Both the position numbers and the translations under genes were made by a program. A model generated the notes under the pieces. That model saw nothing but the letters and a program-made list of their open reading frames with translations. It made no database searches and was not told where the DNA came from. DNA of 63,406 bases, filler included, from Choristocarpus tenellus KU-1152 (Eukaryota > Protista > Phaeophyceae): the NCBI GenBank assembly GCA_964200185.2. It is 9 parts of 9 records of this genome, joined end to end, with 100 filler letters (N's around TTAATTAATTAA, not from the genome) between each part and the next. Parts side by side here need not be neighbours in the genome. Positions count along the whole stretch, not along the records: positions 7,982 to 17,431 come from CAXNAD020003664.1; positions 17,532 to 29,398 come from CAXNAD020002093.1; 7 more parts are not named here. One strand, 5' to 3'. Of the stretch, positions 10,923 through 20,900 are shown in pieces. Each line of letters begins with the position of its first letter. Position 1 is the first letter of the stretch.

Positions 10923-13900
10923 GTGAAACGACTAGGAGAGAAGGTAGAATACCTGACCAAGGCCTTAGATGACGGAGCAAAGAAAGCCAAGATGGATGGG
11001 GAACACATCAGGGAGGAGGTGATGTTATTGGGGGCAGTTTTGGCATCGCTGTATAGTGCTTAGTCATGTCTATATGCAGTAAAGCAAAATCTCTATTGTG
11101 CTCTGCCTTGGAGGCCACTCAGAGTTGGATACCATGCGCTGTCAGGACCCAATGAACTTCCACATCGATAGGTTGAAGTGACAAACACTTGGGGTCTGAG
11201 AGGGTGTCGGAAGCACTTATACCAGATGTTCCTGGTTGAGGTAAGCGGGGGTTCTTTTAAGGTCCATGTGAGAGTGAATGGTGAAGAATATACTTCGAAG
11301 TACACAGAGATTAGAAGGAGTTAAAAAGAAGGAGCTTTATTGCAACAGTGATTCGTAGAGCCGCCTCATATTGTTGAACCGCAATATCTATAGTTGAGAG
11401 GTCTTTGACTTACGTTGTTGTTCTTTCTCAGCAGTTAGTTGTTGACACATGTGGCGCTTTAAGGGTTTTGGCGATGGGGGTTGATCCGGTACTCCTTGAA
11501 AATGAGAAGGTGTCCTCTTAGTCATAGGAATGGGGCTTGGAATATAATCATGGACAAAATAATGTTCCGATTTTGATGCGCTAAGAACATATTTTTCTGT
11601 AACAAAATAAATTTCACACTGAAATCCCGTAGCATCGATAGAGAAATGGCGACACCTAGATTTTTTTTTTATGAATGCAGATTGTCACAGCTGTACTGAC
11701 TCAAGTAGGGCAGACTCAATGCATGGTTCTAGTATGTTTCAACGTTAGTTGTGCTGACTTTGGACGGCCAACATGTTGCATAATCCTGAGCTATGGAGGA
11801 GGTGGTGTGTCTGGGGTATCTTCACAACATTTTTCTCCGAGTAATACATCAACACGAGCCAGAAACACCTAGCAGATGCCCCTAGTTAGAAACGTAAATT
11901 GCTTCTCATGGTTGACGATATCACATTTTCAGGTGGCTAAGAAGCTCAACAGTCACAGCCTGGATGTTTCAGGTCTTCGTCAGCTCCTTGCACTCAAGAA
12001 TAAGGAGCTTCGGAATCTGAGAAAGCTCAGCCACTTCATACTTGGCCAAAGAAATGAGGTGTTGCCCCATTCCTCAACCATTTGCAACTATATTCCATCA
12101 AAACAAGTGCAGTATTCCTGGGGCATGTATGATTTTATCACTCCCATTATATCAATGGATAAACTAATATATCGTACTTGAAGTAGAACTTACAATGTAG
12201 TAGTATGTACTACAGTGTAATGATCTTTGTTACTACATTGGTATATTTTCTTTTCTTTTATTCTTGGGTAGACCGTCAAAGGAGATAAACACACAAATGG
12301 CATGGAACTGCTGTCAAGCTTTGCCAGGGAAGTGAGCAATGAGGGGTTGCTCAGTCACTTCAACAATAATTTTACTGTGCATTGACAGAGGGCTTAGTAG
12401 CTAGTTCATGCACCAGGAAAATAGTTGCAATTTACACTGGACAATCTGTTAACAAACCTCTGGGACGATGGTGTGTGGGGAAAGGAATGGGGGCATTGAC
12501 ATCAGGGATTTCTAAGCACTGCTTATTCCCGTAACATGTTGTATATAACATACAATGTATTAACAAGTCAGAGTCAAGCTTCCATGGTGTGGCAAAACAA
12601 CAAATTTCAGTTACACCTCATTTGTAAAACTAGGGTGTTGGCTTGACTCCAGCAAAGAAAAATCCAACTTGTTCAACTGAAACGGAAAGCCTCCTTGACC
12701 TTGCTAACAGAGACCAACCACTCTGGAGTATCCAGCAATTGGTGAGGAGATTTAATCCCTCGAAAAGAACTGACCTTGAGTTGTACCCCCTTGCTGCATG
12801 GTAGTCCTCTCAATTATTGGCATCTCTTGAACCCTGTGCCCTGAATGACCTCAAATACCCTTCTTCAGGACATCAACTTCCGACATCCTATCCCTGGCAC
12901 TCCTAATGCATCTCTTTAACCTCCAACCCTCGACCTTATTATTTTCTCCTTCCCACATATTGAGCTAGCTGTGATCCGGTTGTTCTCACCCCCACACCAC
13001 TCCCCCAAAGGTGGAGTCCTTTTTCCTGGAGGCATTGGCTGAGGTGAAGCAACGCCTCCTAAGTGAGAGGCGCATCCGGCATCAGAGGGAAGCAGCAGAG
13101 TATAACCTTCAAATTCGCGAGGCTACCAAGAATAATACAAAATTCCCCAGAATAAGGCGAGCTATGAGTCATACCGACCTCTGTGACAAAATTTGTATTG
13201 ACATAGAGTGACATTGTGTGAAATGTCGCACACCCACCAAGAGAAACTGCATACCTGCCTCATTCAGTCGAAATTATATCATTTGCCCTTGAGCTTTCCT
13301 TATGATCCCACCCATGGCGCGATGACTCTCTGCAAGATCGAAAATGGTAGTCATGGTAAGGGAATCAATGCAATCTTCAAGTCCGTTTAGAATCAGGGGA
13401 ATACAAATGTTGAACAGAGTGAAAGTATGTTAGGGTTAGGGTACGAGTTTTGTCCTGTTTGTCCGTTTGGAGCTTGGCTTCTAACGGGTTTTTTGTGACA
13501 TTTTCCTACTCTGAACTGTTTTGGAGTAGGTAAAATGTAGACATTATGAAAAGGGTGTGTCCGGAACAAGGATATTGACACTTCCTAACAAACATGATAG
13601 CCAAAATTACATCAAAATCGCCACATTGGAAATTGGCCCCAAAATGGACACGGCTCTACCCTGACCCTAAGATACTTTGAGTCGCATGTTGATGTGTGTT
13701 TGAAGGGTATGTTTTTTTTTGTATACCTGAGTCAAAGTAGCCTGTCCACAATTGGGGGTGTGTTTCGTGAGCGTCCATTCACATCAGGTTCAAACAATTG
13801 TACAGAAGTTAATGAACTTCTTCAAACACATTATAATGACAGCTGAGAGAGAGAGAGAGATCACATACCAGAAAAATCAACAACACACGATTGGCAGTAG

Positions 13901-16900
13901 AATGCATGCAGCGGACGAGACATGTTGAGAATGCTTCAGTCTATTTTTCCAGAGAAAAGAGAACTACTTGGCAAAAATCCCGTTTAAGTACTCTCATGCA
14001 AATCATGTGCGTACTTTATTATTTATTAGTTTCATGCTTTGGAGAGCACATCGACATGTCTTTATGACCTGTATCTTTTTTCTGTCTGATGATATCACCA
14101 TGGGAAACCGTTCCGAGACATCCTCTGTATGTACAGTCATATAGGAATACCTGAGAGCCCTCCCAACGACAAGAACTCCCCCGATGGAGTGGGTCATAGT
14201 GTGCTAGAGGCTGTAGTGTTTTGCCCAGTTTGTCCCTCCGGGGCTCAATGGGATGTTGTAAAATACCCCAGTTTGATGCCTGTTGCAAGGGTGGTTTTCC
14301 TTTGGATTTGGTCTAGGCAGGGCTATAGAAGAGGAAGGTGCTTTCAGATGAAGGAAATTACCTCTACATCTGACACGTTCGGCTCAAAGTATCTGGGGGG
14401 GGGGTGGCGACTGTCCAGTTGGGATCAATTTTTTTATGTCGCAATTTTGGATGATCTGGTTCCATACTTGGGATGGACAATGAAAGAGCACTTTTCCTGG
14501 TTTTGGTCCAAATGGACACCCTGGTGTAGACCCCCTCTCCCCCCCCAGATACTTTGGGTCTTCACTCCTACGACATGAAACAACTACACAGTCCCCAAAT
14601 GGATGGCTGACACCCCTCTAAGATACTATGGGTCAGTACCTATGAATCAGCCTTGACTTGGCTTTATTTTTCTGATCTAGATATGGTGATGTGGTCTTAA
14701 ACATAGGTTCAGGTGTCCCCCTGACGAAAATTTTGGCGTTCTTCTCTTGTTGACCAACCGAAAGACTTTCCCAAGGTTAACCTCTCAGCCTTCATATGAG
14801 TAGGTACTCTGATTCATGAGCTCATCGCGCCAGCGAGATGTGACTCGTTCAACAATGCTCTGGCACAATAGCCACTCTGTTTGTAGTGTGATGCTGCTTA
14901 TTATGCTGACTGGGGGTTGTTGAATTTGGAATGTACATCAAAAGCTTAGTATACCCATATTATACCTGGTAGAAGTCAAGGTTTGCTCCTGTGACTAATC
15001 CTGACTCATGCTATCTTTGAGGGCAAGGTATTGTGCTTGGGTAACTTTTTCACAGTTTCCCGAACACTGTGTCTGTGGACCCAAAGGATTTAAGAGGGTA
15101 GGGCAGCATCTGTTCGGGGTCATAATATCCAACGTTGCGTTTTTGATGAATTTTGGCTATTGTGCGTGTTAGCAAGTGTCAATATCCTTGCTCCAGACAC
15201 ACCTTTCACAGTCGTATACATTTTATCTACTCCGAAATGTTTCGAAAACCGAAAATGAGGGCAATAAACCCGTGGGAAGCCAAGCCCCGGACGGACAATC
15301 AGGGAAAAAATCCTACCCTCTTAATTGCTTTGGTGCTGTGGTCTCAATGGAATCTTCTAGGGTGTAACACCACCCACGGAAAGCTGTCTCTCCTACCGTG
15401 GCTTCTAATGGGAATGCCTAGTCCCTCTCATGACAATCTTGACAATTTCTTGTTAACTGCAAGGAATCGTACCACTTTCACTTAGGGATGAAATATGACT
15501 AATGAAGTGTGAATCACGGCATCAAGGACAGGGGCTAATAAGAGTATACATCAGTTACTACCTAATAGACATTTCTACATCATGTATATCGACATTCTTT
15601 GCTACTGTGTCGTGGATAGGCACAAAATTAGACATGGTAATTTTTTTTCCAGCTCTTGCAGCACAGTCAGTATTGTAAGTATTGTAGTATTGTAGTATTG
15701 TAGTATTGTAGTATTGTGCTTGCCTTTTGATTTGAAAAATATTAAAATTGATCCAAGCAGAAGTGCATCCCAGTGACAATCGGTCACAGTAAGAAATTGT
15801 CAAGGCAGTCCCATATGTTCCTCGGGTTTCCCCATGCACAGCATTGTAGGTTCATCTGAGCAATGCCTCCATGCCCATTTGCCTTCCAACCAAATATTCG
15901 GCAGAGATATTTCCAGGCTGGACCAGAGTTCCCCATCAATGCTACCTACAGACCCTTCAGAGAGGGTGGATCTGAAAGATCTTTCACTCGAAGATAAGGA
16001 GCTAGTTCTACGGCTGCTCTTTGCCAAGATCAATAATGTCCAGGTGATTCTCATGAGGGGAAACTTCAGACATTGCAATGGCTACTGTGACTGCTACAAA
16101 GAAAATGGGGTACATGTAAAATACTGAATTTTAATATCTACATCTAGTTTTTGGGGCACTGCCTGTGTTTGAGAGTGCTATTGAAACTGCGCATCAGAGA
16201 GTCCGTGCCATCCTTGAATATATCAAAGGGACAAACGGTTTTGTTCAGTATTTGGTTGGGATTTTTATCAGTGATGCATACCGGAGTCAGCAGTTCCGAC
16301 CTAGAAGCTGCCACCAGAGGATGGTCCTTTCCTTTCCAACCCCACAGCAACCTTTGTGTGAGGTATATGCATGCCGTCTAACCTCTCTTCTGCCACCTCG
16401 AACCCTCACTTCTATCTCCATATTCATGCACAGCATATATACTATGTGAGCAATCTTTATATATATATATATATATATACATTTATTTGTTTTTTCAGAG
16501 ATCCTAACGATGGGAGGGTTAGGGGTCTGGGGTGTGACTATATACTCAAGTATCCTATCGAATCCACAAGGAAGATGGACTATTGATTGGTATGATTGAT
16601 AATTTTACGTTGCATCACCTTCCTGCTCAGATTAAGCACTTCTCATTGTTAGTAACATTGGTACGAAAACTGACCAAGATAATAACCAAAATGGGTTAAA
16701 AGGGTTAGCCTAGATATCGCTCATTTCTAAGCCAATATCAATAACAGGGCTATGTCAGGAGGCCTCCCAAACACCCACTCGAGTCTACCAGTGCAGAGGG
16801 GGAATACATTTCTGGGGGAGACGATTTGTTTGGAGATGGGCATAGAACATTTGTCACACAGCAACCGCGGAATCCTGTTGCTGCAGACCTTTCAGACAAC

Positions 16901-16972
16901 ACTGCACTCAGCATGGGTGGAGGCATTGGGGAAAATGTACCCTTTGATGGATTGCATCAATCCTTTAGGTGA
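10923..16972 (+). CDS. BBOF1: Basal body-orientation factor 1 (CCDC176)-like coiled-coil protein, 3' part
   Basis: Exons 10923-11018, 11933-12058, 13011-13156 (GC donor), 15917-16043 and 16748-16972 (TGA) join in phase: LKNKELRNLRKLSHFILGQRNEVESFFLEALAEVK..VDLKDLSLEDKELVLRLLFAKINN, which matches the BBOF1 C-terminal signatures. The last exon is less certain. Confidence 0.82.
13417..13683 (-). mobile_element. MITE family 1 copy with telomere-like TIRs
   Basis: The body matches the 18608 copy in reverse. Both TIRs carry a 4-nt insertion giving TTAGGGTYAGGG. Confidence 0.9.
14191..14634 (-). mobile_element. MITE family 3 copy hosting a nested family 2 MITE (14381-14560)
   Basis: The flanking halves match 21937-22204 in reverse. 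The insert matches 21029-21209 in reverse, with TTC duplicated at its ends. Confidence 0.82.
15078..15336 (+). mobile_element. MITE family 1, diverged subfamily
   Basis: Same body, degenerate TIRs, flanks TGTG/TGTG. Confidence 0.85.
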
Positions 16973-17983
16973 CAGGACTTCATCAGAGGTGACAGAGCCT
17001 GGGGTCCAGAGGTACAAGCCACTTAGAATATCTGTGGTAAGGGTCTCACTTCCGCATTTCATGGGGGTGGAGTAATGGCAGCATTAGCAAGTCGAGTTAG
17101 ATGGTCAGCTAATCCTTTTTATGGTTGACATTTGATGACTTTTTCTAGTAACATGGTGCATGAGAGAGGCACATGAATATGTGATATTGTACCAGCACAA
17201 ACCTGTTCATTGCCCCTCACGGAGCTTGTGTTAATGATTTAGTAATATTTTATTGAGTTGGTTTCCTCCTCTGAAGCACTCATTTTGTGGAAGACTAGAG
17301 ATGTTTTGTCCTTCCGAATGGCAAGGTCCACGAAAGAGCAGTGTTCAATAGAAGGATGGACCCAAAGTATCTGGGAGGGGGGGGGGGGGCAACACCAGGG
17401 TGTCTATTATGGCCATAACTAGGAAAAGTGCNNNNNNNNNNNNNNNNNNNNNNNNNNNNNNNNNNNNNNNNNNNNTTAATTAATTAANNNNNNNNNNNNN
17501 NNNNNNNNNNNNNNNNNNNNNNNNNNNNNNNACCTATATTGATTCGATATTGGTCGGGGGGGGGGATTTAGGGGGAATGGTACGTGCACGGTGGTGAGGA
17601 GGAAGGGGTTAGGGCAGGAGGGGGAAATGGGGGAAACTGCAATGTCAACCAGATAGTAGACAACTCTTAGCTGAAGAACATGAAGTATGCAAGGTACCAT
17701 AAAATTATCACGACTCATTCATTCCGTGATGTGCTTGTTTTGATAAATTGGCAGTAAATGGTACTGCAATGCGTACCTAACAGGGTGAGTCAACAAGATC
17801 TTTGAGCACAACAACTCACTCCCAAGACCCAGACCAACAGACCAGCAGTCTCCCACTCCAACCAAACCTCTCTCATACATTTACAGTCTGTCTCATTCCT
17901 TGCACAATGGCTCAATTATATAAATTCTGCTGCTAGTACCAGAGCATGATGTAATGCCATGGTGCCCCAGACCCCAATCTTGC

Positions 17984-20900
17984 CTGAGGATTCCCATTGA
18001 CGATATCTTCTTCACTTGGAAGACGAAACAATCCTCCAAGGGTACGGAGCCCCCGTAATGATTCCCGGATATTTACCTTCGCCCTAGCCCTAGCTCTGGC
18101 TACCTTTGTCGCTTCAGATACACAAGCAGTTGCCACATCATTCCCCTCTGAAGTCTTGGCTCGAACTGTTCCTGAACCTGCGTAGGTTCCACCCCCTGCT
18201 CCGCTCTGTACGGCAGACTTCACCGTAGTCCCAGGTTTCCTACTAGGTCCTGTCAGGGGCATGCCTCCATCACTAGTTCCAGCTCTGAAACAATCCACAG
18301 AGCTAATGGTGGCCACTGCTCCTCCCTTTGGGTGGGGGGCGTGGTGATCATGGCATGTGCCCTTCAGAACGAATCTTCCTGGGGAAGTGGAAAGCTCTCG
18401 GACCTCCAAACCTCGACCACCTGTCACCAGGTTTCATGGCGGTCATAAGATAGGGAGGGGAAGATAGGGTGGGAATAGTAGGGATGAATATTTGGTGAGC
18501 TTTCTTCAAACAAGCGATTGGTGTGTGTATAGCTCCTGACAAAGGTTATTTGACAAATTCTTAGCAAAAATTAAAAGACTGATGATTAAAAATAATTTTC
18601 TTCTTCAGAGCCAAAGTATCTTAGAGGGTAGGGCCGCGTCCATTTGGGGGTTAAAATCCAATGTTGCGATTTTGATGTAATTTTGGCTATCGTGTTTGTT
18701 AGGGAGTGTCAATATGCTTGTTCTAGACACACCGTTCATAGTGTATACATTTTACCTACTCCAAAACATTTTGGAGTGGGAAAATGTCATAAAAAATCCC
18801 ATGGGAAGCCAAGTTCCAAATGGACAAACTGGGCAAAACTCGTACCCTCTAAGATACTTTCACTCTTCACGTCCATACAAGTAGTACAACTCTATTTCTA
18901 GTATTGATATTTCTTGGGGAGAAAGTGACCTCTTTCTAGCTGGGAAGTGTAGCAGAGCTTCTAATCCAGTCGCTGCAGGGTGCATCCAGTTACCATCATC
19001 AACATCACTTTTTGTGCCCACCATTTTGATGTTGAAACCACACGTCATAGAACTTAAGTAATCGAACCTACTCTTTGTTGCCAACAAATGCAAAATGAGG
19101 TGGTTAGGTCCCAATAAGGAGGACTACGTGGGGGTGTCTAATGATGGGTACAATACCCCCAACTTTCCGTCTAGCTATAATCAAAAACAACTTAATTTGT
19201 ATCGTAAATCTGGCAAGTGGATCCACTTTATTAACAAGTTCGGAATTATTCTTGTCGAGACAAACAAACAAAAAAGATTCCAACTTTTTATATATATATA
19301 TATATTTTTCCCCCTTTTAAAGAAATTTTTACGAACAAGTAATCTGTCCGCATACTTTTTTTGTTCAAGCACTCAAGTCATGCCAAAATCAATGGGTGGG
19401 GAACAAGCTACGAAAAGCAACACCTTAGCTTTAAAACATTAATCAAGTCTAATCATCCCGATGAGAGTCAATAGGATGGATGCAATAATTGAACCTTGCA
19501 CCTGAAATAGCATAGTCGAGAGCAGCAACAAGTTCAGACAGAAGAGTACCGTCAGAAAGTCGCTTATGGCATCGTAGCCTTGAATTTGATCTTGAAGTTA
19601 AACTTGAGGCACAGTCTGGGCCTCGCCCTTGCTTCCCTAGCTCAAAATCGGTGGATTCGGTAGGAGGTTCCTCTGACGGTTCCACCGTCATTAAGGAGGA
19701 ATCCACCTGATGAATTCGTATTTGTTGCAGAGGAACAAGTGTCATTTTATTTGACAAAATATGTGGAGAGGGAAATACATAATTATCTAATTGAACTTCA
19801 AATTCCGAAGAAAAAGAAAAAACGATTGTTCTTCTGTGTTTGTATGGGTAAGTACTTAGTCGATCTTTCTCATGTTTGCGTGTATTTATTTGTTCAAGGA
19901 ATGAAAAAAGATGGCAAATGTGCTGCTGATAACTGTAGGTTAGAGGAGGAGGTTGCTGTGGGTGAGGGGCATGAGTGAGGGCAAGAAAAGGACTGAAAAT
20001 TGTTGTCAGGAACAATGGTAGTTCGATCATTTTCTGAAGGGGGATGCTTTACCTATTCCTCCTTTGATTTAATTTATTTATTTTTTAGTGTGAGGTTTCC
20101 TGGTTTTGAGAGTATGTGTTTCTGTGCGTTTGTGTGTGTTTATGAAAGTGCATGTGTATGTACCAACTCTGAACACAAGCCCAAGAAGATGACATGAACA
20201 CGAACTTTCCTCAATACTCACATAGTCTCGAGTTACCTGTGTATATGGAAAAGAGCATGCTATGTCCAAACCTCCCGGTCCATGCCCCTTCAACAGGCAC
20301 TCAAGCACCCCCTAAAAGGCATCCTACACTTGCTGGAATTGGCAGTGGTTTGCTATGCACCATGTTTTACTACACAATCTATCTATATATTACAGTAGTG
20401 ACGACCCAACAACAGTAACCCTAATGATAATAGTATACCTACGAACACTAAGAACTATATATATACTTCCAAGTACAAAAAATTTGAAAAAATAACATGT
20501 GCCAGGCACTCTACAACTAGCATACAAGTATGCGCGTGCATACACATGCATGTGTGGTAAGAGAAGTAACACACACTTCAGAAAAATATCCTTTGTTCGC
20601 GATAAACACCACCGAAAGATTTTTTTTTAGTTCATGCACTTTTTGTTTCCGCCAGTAACAGGAGCAAGTTGTGTCTTTCTATTGGCCGGGAGCAATACAG
20701 TATTGATATCACTAGGTGTCTTTTACTGGGTGGGTCGCCAACTAGAGCCCTAATCAAGAAAGTTCCTGTTTTCCGCTGACTTGGACATTGGCAATTGGCA
20801 AAGCAGTATGAAATTATGCATTTACAAACGGTACAATAAATTCCAGACATGCCGTCCAAGGTTTTGTCTTGGTCAAATATCATACCACTGGCTTGGCCAA

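Noticed and set aside
16165-16350. Copia-like ILEYIKGT motif in a BBOF1 intron
   Set aside because: A single short match without convincing neighbouring RT or RNase H motifs.
18644-18901. Recurrent small ORF family (..SQAPNGQTGQNSYP..)
   Set aside because: These are translations of the non-coding MITE, and frames and stops differ between copies.
18927-19067. Extra exon of the CH-like gene
   Set aside because: Its phase does not fit the best donor and acceptor, and 19502 joins 18420 cleanly without it.
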